Positions 48,403 to 59,477 are shown, counted from the stretch's first letter. The stretch is DNA of 64,000 bases from an uncultured Alphaproteobacteria bacterium (GCA_947259795.1 CAMYNJ010000142.1:553-64552); one strand, 5' to 3'. Notes: a model not told the origin generated them from the letters alone. Numbers and translations are program-made.

Positions 48403-50682
48403 ATGGCTGACGCAACGAACTGGGTCGGATCGAGATTGCTGCTTCGCCGCCTTCGCGACGTGATGGCGGGGGAGGGCGATGCGCAGTCGCGCCTGGATCA
48501 GGTGGTCACCATCATCGCCCGCGACATGGTCGCGGAGGTCTGCTCGATCTACCTGCTCAGGCCCGGCGATATCCTGGAGCTGTTCGCCACCGAGGGCCTG
48601 TTGAAGACCGCCGTGCACCGGACCCGCCTGCGCATCGGCGAGGGCCTGGTCGGCGATGTGGCGGCGCATCCCCGCTCGCTGTCGCTGGACGAGGCCCAGG
48701 ACCATCCGCAATTCGCCTACCGGCCGGAAACCGGCGAGGAAATCTATCATTCCTTCCTTGGCGTGCCGATCCTGCGCGGTGGCAGGGTACGCGGCGTGCT
48801 GACCATCCAGAACCAGAGCCGGCGCAACTACACCGAAGAAGAAATCGAGACCCTGGAAACGGTCGCCATGGTGCTGGCAGAACTGATCGCCGGCAGCGAA
48901 CTCGCCTCGCCCAACGAATTCACCGCCGCCGACGGCATCGCGCTCAAGCCGTTGAGGCTGGAAGGGGCGCGGCTCAATGGCGGGCTGGCGATGGGCAAGG
49001 CGGTGATTCACGAACGCCGCACGAAGATCAGCCAGGTGGTTTCGGAGGACCCTGCGGGTGAACTCGACCGGTTCGACGAGGCGGTCCAGCGGATGCATCG
49101 CGCCCTCGACGAAATGATGGAGGAGGTTGGCGGCCATCGCGCCGGCGAGGAGCATATGGAGGTGCTGGAGGCCTACCGCATGTTCGCCGAGGATCGCGGC
49201 TGGCTGACCCGTATCCGCGAGGGCATCCGTTCCGGCCTTACCGCCGACGCATCGGTCGCCAAGGCGCTGAGCGACACCCGCGCGCGCATGGCCCAGATCG
49301 CCGATCCCTATCTGCGCGAGCGCATTCTGGATATGGAAGACCTCGCCTACCGCCTGCTGCAGCATCTGCATGAGGGCGAGAACGGCGGGGAACGCCGCCG
49401 CCTGCGCAAGGGCCGCGACACGGTATTGATTGCCCGGTCGCTGGGGCCGGCCGAGTTGCTGGATTACGGGCGCGGGTCGGTGCAGGCGGTCGTGCTGGAA
49501 GAGGGCTCGGCCACCGCCCATGTGTCGATCGTGGCGCGCGCACTGGGCATCCCCGTGGTCGGTCAGGTTGCCGGCCTCCTGGACAAGGTGGAACCGGACG
49601 ATTTCGTGCTGGTAGACGGCGAAAACGCGGCTGTGGTGATTCGCCCAGGCGAAGATGTGCGCCAGACCTTCAGCGAGGGTATGAAGCAAAGCGCCGAACG
49701 CCAGGCCGCCTACATTGCGGCGCGCGACCTGCCCGCCGTTACCAGGGACGGCGTGGAAGTTACGCTCAATCTGAACGCCGGATTGCTTCTGGATCTGCCG
49801 AACCTGCGCGAAACCAATGCCGCGGGCATCGGCCTGTACCGCACGGAAATCCTGTTCATGGTGCGCGGCCAGCTGCCGGGCGTTGACGAGCAGACCCACG
49901 CCTACCGCCGCGTGATGGACCAGGCCGAGGGCAAGCGCGTGGTGTTCCGCACGCTGGATGCCGGCGGCGACAAGCTGCTGCCCTATATGCCCGTCGCGCA
50001 CGAGGAAAATCCGGCGATGGGCTGGCGGGCGATCCGCATGACCCTGGATCGGCCCTTCATGCTGCGCCAGCAGCTGCGCGCCCTGATCCGCGCCGCGGCC
50101 GGCCGGCGACTCGACGTCATGTTCCCGATGGTGGCCGAAGTGGGGGAACTGGCGGCGGCGCGCGAAATCCTGGATATGGAACTGGCGCGCGCCCGGGGGC
50201 GGGACGAAACCTTGCCGGCCGATATCGCGGTCGGCTGCATGCTGGAGGTGCCGTCACTGCTGTTCCAGTTGCCGCAGCTGATGACGCATGTGGATTTCCT
50301 GGCCGTCGGCTCCAACGATCTGATGCAATTCCTCTATGCCTGCGACCGTGGCAATGTCGCCGTCAGCGAGCGTTATGACATTCTTTCGGCGGGTTCGCTT
50401 AGGATGTTGCGCGACGTCGTGCGCGCGGCGGACGCGGCGGGCGTGCCGGTCAGCGTCTGCGGCGAGATGGCGGGCCGGCCGCTGGAGGCTATGGCGCTGG
50501 TGGGGCTTGGTTTTCGGTCTCTGTCAATGGCCGCATCCTCGATCGGGCCGGCGCGGTTGATGATTCGCGGCTTGGACGCCGGGCGGTTTTCGGGTTTTAT
50601 CGACGCCTTGCTCGACGGAAACGCGCCAAGTCTGCGAACCGTCCTGTGCAACTACGCCCGCGATCACGGGCTGCGCATTTAG
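48403..50682 (+). CDS. ptsP: Phosphoenolpyruvate-protein phosphotransferase PtsP (EI-Ntr, N-terminal GAF domain)
   Basis: 759 aa. GAF region at the N-terminus, SATAHVSIVARALGIPVV (phospho-His), GLYRTE, SVCGEMAG. Confidence 0.93.
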   Translation: MADATNWVGSRLLLRRLRDVMAGEGDAQSRLDQVVTIIARDMVAEVCSIYLLRPGDILELFATEGLLKTAVHRTRLRIGEGLVGDVAAHPRSLSLDEAQDHPQFAYRPETGEEIYHSFLGVPILRGGRVRGVLTIQNQSRRNYTEEEIETLETVAMVLAELIAGSELASPNEFTAADGIALKPLRLEGARLNGGLAMGKAVIHERRTKISQVVSEDPAGELDRFDEAVQRMHRALDEMMEEVGGHRAGEEHMEVLEAYRMFAEDRGWLTRIREGIRSGLTADASVAKALSDTRARMAQIADPYLRERILDMEDLAYRLLQHLHEGENGGERRRLRKGRDTVLIARSLGPAELLDYGRGSVQAVVLEEGSATAHVSIVARALGIPVVGQVAGLLDKVEPDDFVLVDGENAAVVIRPGEDVRQTFSEGMKQSAERQAAYIAARDLPAVTRDGVEVTLNLNAGLLLDLPNLRETNAAGIGLYRTEILFMVRGQLPGVDEQTHAYRRVMDQAEGKRVVFRTLDAGGDKLLPYMPVAHEENPAMGWRAIRMTLDRPFMLRQQLRALIRAAAGRRLDVMFPMVAEVGELAAAREILDMELARARGRDETLPADIAVGCMLEVPSLLFQLPQLMTHVDFLAVGSNDLMQFLYACDRGNVAVSERYDILSAGSLRMLRDVVRAADAAGVPVSVCGEMAGRPLEAMALVGLGFRSLSMAASSIGPARLMIRGLDAGRFSGFIDALLDGNAPSLRTVLCNYARDHGLRI

Positions 50683-50957
50683 AACTTCGTAACCATTTAG
50701 GCATTACCGTGGCATTTCGGGCTGCGCGATTGCCAGGCAAGCCCTGTTCCTGATAAACAGGAACGCTGGAAAACGGCAATTCGCCGGACTTACGGGTTGG
50801 CGGATGCCGGGAACGCCAGGATATAGCGTTCCGCCTGCTTGGAGGGAGAGTCGGACTGGGTGGGCTGTGTTGCGGGGAATCCGCGGCGCGGCAGCCGGAC
50901 TTCCGCAGACCGTCAGTAAGCCGGACCCAAGAAAACGGGTCCCCCTTCAAGAAGTGG

Positions 50958-52148
50958 ATGCGACGGATGACTGTACAGAACACCCAGGAAGAGCGTCCCG
51001 ATGAAACGCCGGACCAGTCCGAAAATATGACCGATATGCCCGCGGAACAGAATCTCGCGCCGGTTACCAATCTACGCCCAACCGTCGGCGACGAGTTACG
51101 CATGCGCAGGGAAGAGGCCGGGCACAGGATCGAGGACGTCGCGGAGGCGATCCGGATCCAGAAACGCTATCTGGAAGCGCTGGAGGCCGGCCGTATCGAG
51201 GACCTGCCGGGCACCGTCTATGCATTGGGTTTTTTGCGCACCTATGCCGAATATTACGGATTCAATGGCGATGCCTTCGTAACCCGTTTCAAGGAAGAGA
51301 CAGCGGGACAGCGGCGGGAACAGGACTATACCCTGCCGGAACCGATCGAGGAGGCGCGGGTTCCCGCTGCAGCGATCCTGATTGTAGCCATTGTACTGGC
51401 CGTGGGCGCCTATGTGGCGTGGTACAGCCTGCGTCCCCAGGAGGCGGAAATAACGGGCGCGGTGCCCGAAGTCCCCGCGCATCTGGCCACGGTGGCGGAG
51501 GAAGCCCCGCGGGCGACGGTGCCTGCCGAACCGGCATCTCAGCCGGAACAGGCTGCCACGGTGCCTGTCGAACCCCCCGCGGAAACGCCGGCCGCAGCCG
51601 AGACCGGGGCAGAAGTCCCACCGGCGCCCGGAACATCGTCGTCCTCGCCTCCGCCCCCCATAGCGGAAGCTTCGGCTCCTGTAGAGCCCGCAAGGCCGGT
51701 TACAGAAGCGCCGGTCACCGAGACCGTACCGGTCGAAGCGCCGCCGCCCGCTGAGGTCGTCGCGGCCATGCCGCCTGTGCCGGCCGAGCTCGACACGCCG
51801 GCCGAGCTAGACACGCCGGCGGCGCCGGTGTTGGAGTCGACCGTCCATGTGCCGCAGATGTACGGCGTCGGCAATACGGGGGCGCGGATCGTCATCGTCG
51901 CTGCCGAGGATTCCTGGATCGAAATCTCCGACACCGAGGGCAGTCGCCTGTTCAGCCGCACCATGCGTGCCGGCGACAGCTATCGCGTGCCGAACCGCGA
52001 GGGGCTTGTTTTCGTGACCGGCAATGCGGGTGGGCTGGAAATTACTGTCGACGGCGCGCGGGCGCCGGCGATTGGCGATATCGGCATCGTTCGCAAGAAT
52101 GTAAAGCTGGATCCCGAGCTTCTGAAACAGGGCCGCGCCTGGCCTTAG
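50958..52148 (+). CDS. RodZ-like HTH (XRE) domain protein with TM segment, Pro/Ala-rich linker and DUF4115 C-terminal domain
   Basis: 396 aa. VGDELRMRREEAGHRIEDVAEAIRIQKRYLEALE..., GFLRTYAEYYG, C-terminal VIVAAEDSWIEISD...GNAGGLEITVDG. Confidence 0.75.
   Translation: MRRMTVQNTQEERPDETPDQSENMTDMPAEQNLAPVTNLRPTVGDELRMRREEAGHRIEDVAEAIRIQKRYLEALEAGRIEDLPGTVYALGFLRTYAEYYGFNGDAFVTRFKEETAGQRREQDYTLPEPIEEARVPAAAILIVAIVLAVGAYVAWYSLRPQEAEITGAVPEVPAHLATVAEEAPRATVPAEPASQPEQAATVPVEPPAETPAAAETGAEVPPAPGTSSSSPPPPIAEASAPVEPARPVTEAPVTETVPVEAPPPAEVVAAMPPVPAELDTPAELDTPAAPVLESTVHVPQMYGVGNTGARIVIVAAEDSWIEISDTEGSRLFSRTMRAGDSYRVPNREGLVFVTGNAGGLEITVDGARAPAIGDIGIVRKNVKLDPELLKQGRAWP
51783..51818 (+). repeat. 18-nt tandem duplication (x2, 1 mismatch) inside the RodZ-like linker
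   Basis: GCCGAGCTCGACACGCCG / GCCGAGCTAGACACGCCG, encoding AELDTP AELDTP. Confidence 0.85.
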
Positions 52149-52271
52149 GAGCCGGCCGAACGGCTGCGGCTCTCTCCGCCTTGATATTTTCGCTCGCCGG
52201 GCGCACATTGCGCGCGCCCGGAAAGCGGGCTATTTAGCGTTGTACAGTAAGAAGTTTCGGAACCGGTTCAG

Positions 52272-53390
52272 ATGAGCGTTCGGCCCTATCGGGATATTCA
52301 GCGGCGCAAGGCGCGCCGTATCATGGTCGGCGATGTCCCCGTCGGCGGCGATGCGCCGATCACGGTGCAGTCCATGACCAATACGCCGACCTCCGACGCG
52401 CAGGCGACGATCCGCCAGATCCATGCGCTGGAAGAGGCCGGGGCGGACATCGTGCGTGTGTCTTGCCCGGACGAGGAATCGACCGCGGCACTGAAGACGA
52501 TTATCGACAACGTCACCGTGCCGATCGTCGCCGACATCCATTTCCACTACAAGCGTGCCATCGAGTCCGCGGAGGCGGGTGCTGCCTGCCTGCGCATCAA
52601 TCCCGGCAATATCGGCAGCGCCGAGCGGGTAAGCGAGGTGGTCAGGGCGGCCCGCGACCATGGTTGCTCCATGCGCATCGGCGTCAATGCCGGATCGCTG
52701 GAACGGGAACTGCTGGAGCGCTACGGCGAGCCCTGCCCCGAGGCGATGGTCGAGAGCGGGCTGAACCATGCGCGTATCCTGGAAGACAACGATTTCCACG
52801 AATTCAAGATCAGCGTGAAGGCCTCCGACGTCTTCCTGGCCGTCGCCGCCTATCAAGGACTGGCGGACGCCTGCGACTACCCGCTGCATCTCGGCATTAC
52901 CGAGGCCGGGGGCCTGCGCGGCGGCACGGTGAAATCCGCCATTGGCATCGGCTCGCTGCTCTGGGCCGGCATCGGCGACACCATCCGCGTCTCGCTGTCG
53001 GCCGACCCGGTGGAAGAGGTCAAGGCCGGCTTCGAGATATTGAAGTCGCTGGGGCTACGCCATCGCGGGGTCAATGTGATTTCCTGCCCCTCCTGTGCCC
53101 GCCAGCAGTTCGACGTGATCGCCACCGTGCAGAAGTTGGAGGAACGGCTGGCCCATATCTCGACGCCGATGACGCTGTCGGTGATCGGCTGCGTGGTGAA
53201 TGGCCCGGGCGAAGCGCGCGAGACCGATATAGGCTTCACCGGTGGCGGCAACGATACCCATCAGGTCTATATCGCCGGCGTGCCGCATCATCGCCTCAAG
53301 GATGAGGATGTGGTCGAGCATCTTGTCAGGATGGTGGAAGAGAAGGCGGCCGAGATCGAGGCCAACAAATCGCCGCGCGCGGCGGAATAA
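52272..53390 (+). CDS. ispG: 4-hydroxy-3-methylbut-2-en-1-yl diphosphate synthase (flavodoxin)
   Basis: 372 aa. [40 protein letters not shown]. Confidence 0.95.
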   Translation: MSVRPYRDIQRRKARRIMVGDVPVGGDAPITVQSMTNTPTSDAQATIRQIHALEEAGADIVRVSCPDEESTAALKTIIDNVTVPIVADIHFHYKRAIESAEAGAACLRINPGNIGSAERVSEVVRAARDHGCSMRIGVNAGSLERELLERYGEPCPEAMVESGLNHARILEDNDFHEFKISVKASDVFLAVAAYQGLADACDYPLHLGITEAGGLRGGTVKSAIGIGSLLWAGIGDTIRVSLSADPVEEVKAGFEILKSLGLRHRGVNVISCPSCARQQFDVIATVQKLEERLAHISTPMTLSVIGCVVNGPGEARETDIGFTGGGNDTHQVYIAGVPHHRLKDEDVVEHLVRMVEEKAAEIEANKSPRAAE

Positions 53391-53409
53391 ACGGCGGGAC
53401 GGACAGCTC

Positions 53410-54654
53410 ATGAAAACCGTAAAGCCCGTCCGCGGCACGCGCGACATTTTGCCTGAAGCGATGCGTTCCCACCGGCACGTCATCGATACCGCGCGCGAAA
53501 TCGCGGCGCGATACGGCTACGACGAAATGACGACTCCAGTCTTCGAGTTCACCGAGGTTTTCAAGCGCAGCCTCGGCGATACCTCGGACGTCGTGACCAA
53601 GGAGATGTATACGTTCTCCACGAAGTCTGGCGAGCAGATCACGCTGCGCCCCGAGGCGACGGCTGGCATCGCGCGCGCCTTCATTTCCGGTGGGCTGGCC
53701 AATCAGTTACCGCTGAAGTTCTTCTACGCCGGCCCGATGTTCCGGTATGAACGGCCGCAAAAGGGCCGGCAGCGCCAGTTCCACCAGATCGATGTTGAAC
53801 TCCTCGGCGTCGCGGAGCCGCTCGGGGATGTCGAGATCATAGCGGTCGGTGCCCAGATCCTGCGCGAACTGGGCGTGCTCGGCAGGACGGTGCTCGAACT
53901 CAACACGCTGGGTGACCCCGAAAGCCGCCAGGCTTATCGTGCAGTGCTGGTCAATTATTTCGAGTCGCATGTGGACCGACTATCGAAAGACAGCCTCGAC
54001 CGTCTCAACCGCAACCCGCTGCGCATACTCGACTCCAAGGACAGCGACGACCGGGAGGTCGTGGCTGGAGCGCCATTGTTCGGCAACTACCTGAACCAGT
54101 ATAGCCGCGACTATTTCGAGGAGGTCAAGGCGGGGCTGGACGCGCTCGGCATCGCATACGAGGTCAACCCGCGCCTGGTGCGCGGCCTCGATTACTATAC
54201 CCATACGGCCTTTGAATTCACCACGCGCGAGCTCGGTTCCCAAGGCGCGGTGCTGGCGGGCGGGCGCTATGACGGCCTGATCGAGACCCTGGGCGGGCGG
54301 GCGACGCCCGGCATCGGCTGGGCGGCCGGGGTCGAGCGGCTGGCCATGATGCTGGGCGAAATCCCGGCCGCCACACGGCCCATCGCCGTGGTGCCGGAGG
54401 GGGCGGCGGCCGAACTCGAGGCGCTCAAGCTCACGCAACGCCTGCGCGAGGAGGGTTTTACTGTGGATCTCGGGTTCTCCGGCAAACTTCCCAAGCGCAT
54501 GAAGCGCGCCAACAAGATCAATGCCGCCGCCGCGGTGATCCTTGGCGAAAACGAATTGGCGCGCGGCGCCGCCACCTTGCGTGACCTTGATTCGGGCGAG
54601 CAGGAAGAGGCCGCCCTGGCCTCGCTTGTGGATCGACTCGCCCGCTACCGGTAG
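53410..54654 (+). CDS. hisS: Histidine--tRNA ligase
   Basis: MKTVKPVRGTRDILPE start. LRPEATAGIARAF, FRYERPQKGRQRQFHQ, GGRYDGL. Confidence 0.95.
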   Translation: MKTVKPVRGTRDILPEAMRSHRHVIDTAREIAARYGYDEMTTPVFEFTEVFKRSLGDTSDVVTKEMYTFSTKSGEQITLRPEATAGIARAFISGGLANQLPLKFFYAGPMFRYERPQKGRQRQFHQIDVELLGVAEPLGDVEIIAVGAQILRELGVLGRTVLELNTLGDPESRQAYRAVLVNYFESHVDRLSKDSLDRLNRNPLRILDSKDSDDREVVAGAPLFGNYLNQYSRDYFEEVKAGLDALGIAYEVNPRLVRGLDYYTHTAFEFTTRELGSQGAVLAGGRYDGLIETLGGRATPGIGWAAGVERLAMMLGEIPAATRPIAVVPEGAAAELEALKLTQRLREEGFTVDLGFSGKLPKRMKRANKINAAAAVILGENELARGAATLRDLDSGEQEEAALASLVDRLARYR

Positions 54655-54660
54655 CGATCC

Positions 54661-55947
54661 ATGGGCCTGGCCCTCGAACCCTTTGTCGTTGGCGCGACCC
54701 ATCGCTCCAGCACGTTGGCGCTGCGCGACCGGCTGTTCATAGACGACGCCGCCGCCCCCGATTTCTACCGCCGGCTGGCGGAGGCCGGCGTGACCCAGGC
54801 AATCATGCTGTCGACCTGCGACCGGGTGGAAGTGCAGGGGATGTCGGAAGCCCCGGCCGCCGCCATCGAGGCGGTGCGCGAAATCCTGGCGGCGCGTGCC
54901 GGCGAGGACCCGGCAGAGATCGCGCCGCAACTGGAGACACTGATCAGTGACGAGGCGTTACGCCATATCTTCGCTGTGGCGGCGTCGCTGGAAAGCCAGG
55001 TGATCGGCGAATCCCAAGTGCTGGGCCAGGTCAAGGAAGGTCATCGCCAGGCCGGCAGGCACGGGATGGTGGGGCCGGCGCTGGAATCGCTGTTGCAGGC
55101 GGCCTATGCGGCGGCTAAGCGGGTGCGCAACGAGACCGAAATCGCCGAACGGTCCGTGACCCTGGCCTCCGGTGCGGTGCAGATCGCCCGCGACCTGCAT
55201 GGCGACCTGTCCGGCAGCACCGGTCTGATCCTGGGGCTGGGCGACATGGGCGACCTGATCGGGGGGCAGTTGCGCCTTGCCGGTCTGGGGGGCACGATCC
55301 TGACCGGCCCGTCGCGCCGTACCGAGGCCGAGGCGCGCCGCATGGGCTGCAATTTCGTGCCCTTCGACGAACTTGAAGATGCGCTGGCCGATGCCGATAT
55401 TGTGGTCACTGCCGTCGGCACAGGCCGCTTCCTGATCACGGTCGAAGCCATGGAACAGGCGCTGCGGCGGCGCAAGCGGCGGCCGGTGCTGATCCTGGAC
55501 GGCGGTATCCCCGCCGACGTGGAACCCGCGGTCCATGATCTGGACGGGGCTTTCGTCTATACGCTGGACGATCTGGAACAGGTGGCGCGCGAGGGCCGGG
55601 CGAACCGCGAGGCGGCGGCTGCCGAGGCCTGGGAGATCGTCGATGCGGAAGCCAATGGCTGGCGGCGGTCCCTGGCGGAGAGGGAGGCCGTGCCGACCCT
55701 CCTGTCGCTACGCAACAGCTTCGAGGCGATGCGCGACGATATCCTGGCCGGCGATCCCAATGCGGACGCGGCCGAGGCGACGCGACGCCTGATCAACCGC
55801 CTGCTGCACCGGCCCAGCGAGGCGCTGCGCAAACTGGCAGCGGAAACCGGCGACGAGGCGGAAAAACAGGCGATCGCCCGAATTGTTGCACGGCTGTTCG
55901 GGCTGCCGGATGCGGACAGCGGAAACGAGGACGATAAGGAACGGTAA
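54661..55947 (+). CDS. hemA: Glutamyl-tRNA reductase homolog (C5 pathway HemA)
   Basis: 428 aa. LSTCDRVEV (catalytic Cys context), HIFAVAASLESQVIGESQVLGQVK, GLGDMG dinucleotide motif. hemA-prfA-prmC order as in E. coli. Confidence 0.8.
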   Translation: MGLALEPFVVGATHRSSTLALRDRLFIDDAAAPDFYRRLAEAGVTQAIMLSTCDRVEVQGMSEAPAAAIEAVREILAARAGEDPAEIAPQLETLISDEALRHIFAVAASLESQVIGESQVLGQVKEGHRQAGRHGMVGPALESLLQAAYAAAKRVRNETEIAERSVTLASGAVQIARDLHGDLSGSTGLILGLGDMGDLIGGQLRLAGLGGTILTGPSRRTEAEARRMGCNFVPFDELEDALADADIVVTAVGTGRFLITVEAMEQALRRRKRRPVLILDGGIPADVEPAVHDLDGAFVYTLDDLEQVAREGRANREAAAAEAWEIVDAEANGWRRSLAEREAVPTLLSLRNSFEAMRDDILAGDPNADAAEATRRLINRLLHRPSEALRKLAAETGDEAEKQAIARIVARLFGLPDADSGNEDDKER

Positions 55948-55950
55948 GGA

Positions 55951-57021
55951 ATGAACCTGGACGAAAAACTCGACAAGGTGATGGCGCGCCATGATGACCG
56001 GGCGCAGCTGATGACGGAAAGCGCCGGTGACGCCGGTGAATTTACGCGCCTGTCGAAGGAATATTCCGACCTCACGCCGATCGTCGAGAAAATCCGCGAA
56101 CTGAAGCAGGCGCGCGCCGAAAAGGCCGACCTGGAGACCCTGGCCGCGTCGGAAGACGATGCCGAGATGAAGGCGCTGGCGCAGGGCGAACTCGTCTCGC
56201 TGAATGGCCGGCTGCCCCAACTCGAACGCGAGATGCAGCTTATGCTGCTGCCGCGCGACGAGGCGGACGCGCGCAACGCCATCATTGAGGTGCGCGCCGG
56301 GACCGGCGGCGACGAGGCCGGCCTGTTCGCCGCCGAACTGTTCCGCTTGTACCAGCGCTACGCCGAGCGCCAGGGCTGGAAATTCGAGCCGATCGACATC
56401 AACGAAACCGGCGTCGGCGGGTATCGCGAGGCCAGCGCCACCATCACCGGCCGCAACGTGTTCCAGCGGCTGAAGTTCGAATCCGGCATCCATCGCGTAC
56501 AGCGCGTACCCGTTACCGAAAGCGGCGGCCGCATCCATACTTCCGCCGCCACCGTCGCCGTGCTGCCCGAGGCCGAAGATGTGGATGTCGATATCGACGA
56601 GAAGGATTTGCGCATCGATACCTATCGGGCGCAGGGTGCCGGTGGCCAGCACGTCAACAAAACCGACAGCGCCGTACGCATTACCCATATGCCGTCCGGC
56701 ATCGTCGTGCAGTGCCAGGACAACAAGTCCCAGCACAAAAACAAGGCCCAGGCGATGAAGGTGCTGCGCGCCCGCCTGTTCGACGCCGAGCGGTCGCGCC
56801 GCGACTCCGCGCGCGCCGCCGAGCGCAAGAACCAGGTCGGGTCCGGCGACCGCTCGGAAAAGATTCGCACCTATAACTTTCCGCAGGACCGGATCACCGA
56901 CCACCGTATCAATCTCAGCACCCACAACATCCCGAAGATGATGGTGGGCGAGGGGCTGGACGAATTGATCGACGCGCTGATCGCCGAGGACGAGGCGGCG
57001 CGCCTGGCGGAGGATCTGTGA
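55951..57021 (+). CDS. prfA: Peptide chain release factor 1
   Basis: 356 aa. GGQ motif in [21 protein letters not shown], and a PVT tripeptide anticodon motif. Confidence 0.97.
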   Translation: MNLDEKLDKVMARHDDRAQLMTESAGDAGEFTRLSKEYSDLTPIVEKIRELKQARAEKADLETLAASEDDAEMKALAQGELVSLNGRLPQLEREMQLMLLPRDEADARNAIIEVRAGTGGDEAGLFAAELFRLYQRYAERQGWKFEPIDINETGVGGYREASATITGRNVFQRLKFESGIHRVQRVPVTESGGRIHTSAATVAVLPEAEDVDVDIDEKDLRIDTYRAQGAGGQHVNKTDSAVRITHMPSGIVVQCQDNKSQHKNKAQAMKVLRARLFDAERSRRDSARAAERKNQVGSGDRSEKIRTYNFPQDRITDHRINLSTHNIPKMMVGEGLDELIDALIAEDEAARLAEDL

Positions 57022-57869
57022 GCGGGGCGGTTTCGATCGCGGTCTGCCTGGAGGCGGGTGCGCGCCGCCTGGCCGACGCCGGCATCCCCGATGCCCGGCG
57101 GGAGGCGCGGCTGATCCTCGCCCATGCGCTGGGGGTCGAACCAGTGACGATCCTCGGTTATCCGGAACAGCCGGTGGAAGACGCCGGCCGGTTCGATGGC
57201 CTGATCGCACGGCGCGCCGCGCGCGAGCCCCTGTCGCACCTGACCGGTCGGCGAGAGTTCTGGAGCCTCGAATTCGAGGTCACACCGGCGGTGCTGGACC
57301 CCAGGGCCGACAGCGAAACCTTGGTCGAGGCGGCCCTGGAAGCCATCCCCGACCGCCAGGCGCCGCTTTCGATCGTCGATTTCGGCACCGGCACGGGTTG
57401 CCTGCTGCTGGCGCTGCTCAGCGAACTGCATAACGCGAAAGGGCTGGGCATCGATATCGCCGAGGATACGCTCGCCGTGGCCCGCCGCAACACGGCGCGG
57501 CTGGGCCTGGGCGGTCGGGCCCTGTTCGCCATCGGCGACTGGGGTGCCGCGCTGGCCGGGCCGTTCGATCTGATCGTCGGCAACCCGCCCTACATCCCGG
57601 CCGGCGAGATCGCGGGGCTGCAGGCGGAAGTCGCCGGATTCGAGCCGCACCGGGCACTGGACGGTGGCGCGGACGGGCTGGATGCCTACCGGCGACTCGG
57701 CCCCGATATTTCCCGCCTCTTGCGGCCCGGTGGCGTCGCGGTGCTGGAATTCGGGCTTGGTCAGGGGGCGGCAGTGACCCACCTCATGGCGGCGGAAGGG
57801 CTGACGCCTCAAGGTTTTAGCCGGGACATTGCGGGGCATGACCGGTGTCTCACCCTGGCTAAACGATAA
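57018..57869 (+). CDS. prmC: Release factor glutamine methyltransferase
   Basis: 283 aa. [16 protein letters not shown] (NPPY). GTGA overlap (57018-57021): the prmC GTG start overlaps the prfA TGA stop. Confidence 0.92.
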   Translation: MSGAVSIAVCLEAGARRLADAGIPDARREARLILAHALGVEPVTILGYPEQPVEDAGRFDGLIARRAAREPLSHLTGRREFWSLEFEVTPAVLDPRADSETLVEAALEAIPDRQAPLSIVDFGTGTGCLLLALLSELHNAKGLGIDIAEDTLAVARRNTARLGLGGRALFAIGDWGAALAGPFDLIVGNPPYIPAGEIAGLQAEVAGFEPHRALDGGADGLDAYRRLGPDISRLLRPGGVAVLEFGLGQGAAVTHLMAAEGLTPQGFSRDIAGHDRCLTLAKR

Positions 57870-58087
57870 ATTGACCTAATTGCGCCAAAAAAAGGGTTGG
57901 AATACAGGCATTCAGGGTCTAATGTCCCGGCCGTGGCGCGAACCTCCGGGTGAGGTTGACGCCGCCGGGCTCCCGGACATAGCGATACCGGCCTGGCGCC
58001 AGGGCGCAGGACTACGGTTTGTCAGGGTAGGGCATGCGGCGCGACGATTCGTGTCCATGATAACAGATTTTCCATTGTGAAGGTGAT

Positions 58088-58684
58088 ATGAGGCAAGGTC
58101 AGAACTCGAAGCGTTCGCGTGGACGCAGTTCCGGACGGCGCAGTAACGTCCCGACGCGTCATCAGACATTCGACAGCAACGGGCCCAGTGTCCGAATTCG
58201 CGGCAGCGCCTATCAGGTGCATGAAAAATACCTCGCCATGGCCCGCGATGCGTCCTCCGCCGGCGACAGGATCGCCGCCGAGAATTACCTGCAGCATGCG
58301 GAGCACTACTTCCGCATCATCAACGCCGACAGTGACGGCGACGGGCGCGGGCGAGGCGATGCCCAGCGCGCCAACCGGCTGCAACAGGAAAGCAAGTCCG
58401 AAGGCGACGGCGAGGCCGATAAGGAAGGTGCTGCGGTGGTGGAGACCAAGACTCCTCCCCCGGTCAACGGCGCAGACAGCGAGGAAATCGGCGAGGGCAG
58501 CGAGCAGCCAACCGTCGAATTCCCCAATGGCAGAGACCTTGCGGCGAACGGGCCGGACGAAGGGGATGCCCCTGCGCCGAAGAAGCCGCGCGCGCCCCGC
58601 ACGCCACGGGGTCGAGGCCGTGCCCCGCGCGCATCCGGCAATTCTGGGGGGGACAAAACCCCGCCGTCCCAGCCGGACGAATAA
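58088..58684 (+). CDS. DUF4167 domain-containing protein
   Basis: 198 aa. MRQGQNSKRSRGR..., IRGSAYQVHEKYLAMARDASSAGDRIAAENYLQHAEHYFRII. Confidence 0.85.
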   Translation: MRQGQNSKRSRGRSSGRRSNVPTRHQTFDSNGPSVRIRGSAYQVHEKYLAMARDASSAGDRIAAENYLQHAEHYFRIINADSDGDGRGRGDAQRANRLQQESKSEGDGEADKEGAAVVETKTPPPVNGADSEEIGEGSEQPTVEFPNGRDLAANGPDEGDAPAPKKPRAPRTPRGRGRAPRASGNSGGDKTPPSQPDE

Positions 58685-58712
58685 CCGGGCCTCGCTCGTG
58701 GAGGAAACCTGA

Positions 58713-59477
58713 TCAGGAGGGCGGCGCCGTAACGGTGTCGCCCTTTTCGATTCGGCCGCCCGCGGTAACTCTGGCGTAAATGCCGCAGGCGGTATGGCCG
58801 AAACCCTGCTGAAGGATTTTCAGAAGATGCAGGTCGCGCTCTCCGCTATCCGGGTCGACCTCGGTCGCGGCGCAGCGGCCGGTGACTTCGACCACCTCCA
58901 GACGGACGTCGCCGATTGCGATCTCCTTGCCCTGCCATGACATTTCGGCCCAGGCCGGCAGGCCGCCGAGATGCAGGTTGGCGCGGAAGCGGCGCGGATC
59001 CACGGGGCTGCGGGCCACCCGCTCGATGTCATTTACGCTCGCCAGGTTCAGGATCGAGAGAAACTTGTCCGGAACGTCGCTCAGCATGCGGCCCGGCGCC
59101 TCGACGATATGCGGGTTGCCGCGCGGCCCGGGCGGTATGAAGGCCTGCAGGAACTGCTCGACCAGGTTTCGGCCCAGCGGCTGGGTGATGTCTCCACGGG
59201 CGACCTGCCGGCCGTCACGGCATATGGTCAGCATTCCCGACTCCGGATCGAAATGCGAGTCCAGCAGGGCCAGCCGTTCGTCCCGCATCAACTGCAGGAA
59301 ATTCCGCTTGGGCATCCATTCTGGATTGCTGCGGTCGAACCGGCTGGCCGCGGGGGCAAGTGCGAATCGGCGGTCGTGCGGGATGCCCTCGCCGACCGTC
59401 AGCAAGACCTTGTCCAACACCTCGCCATTCAAGCCCTTCACCGGATAGCGGCGAACTTCGTCTATTGTTGCGGGCAT
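58713..59477 (-). CDS. MOSC domain-containing protein (MOSC_N beta-barrel + MOSC)
   Basis: Start at MPATIDEVRRYPVKGLNG. RFRANLHL, and the conserved Cys in VTGRCAAT. The tracked ORF extends spuriously to 59921. Confidence 0.8.
   Translation of the reverse strand: MPATIDEVRRYPVKGLNGEVLDKVLLTVGEGIPHDRRFALAPAASRFDRSNPEWMPKRNFLQLMRDERLALLDSHFDPESGMLTICRDGRQVARGDITQPLGRNLVEQFLQAFIPPGPRGNPHIVEAPGRMLSDVPDKFLSILNLASVNDIERVARSPVDPRRFRANLHLGGLPAWAEMSWQGKEIAIGDVRLEVVEVTGRCAATEVDPDSGERDLHLLKILQQGFGHTACGIYARVTAGGRIEKGDTVTAPPS

Noticed and set aside
50683-50957. 275-bp ptsP-rodZ intergenic region, examined for an sRNA, tRNA or riboswitch. Hairpins include GTTCCTG-ATAAA-CAGGAAC at 50746-50764, GGAACGC..GCGTTCC and GGACCC..GGGTCC.
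   Set aside because: The stems are short, none has a T tract, and I recognise no RNA-family signature. Comparative data would be needed to go further.
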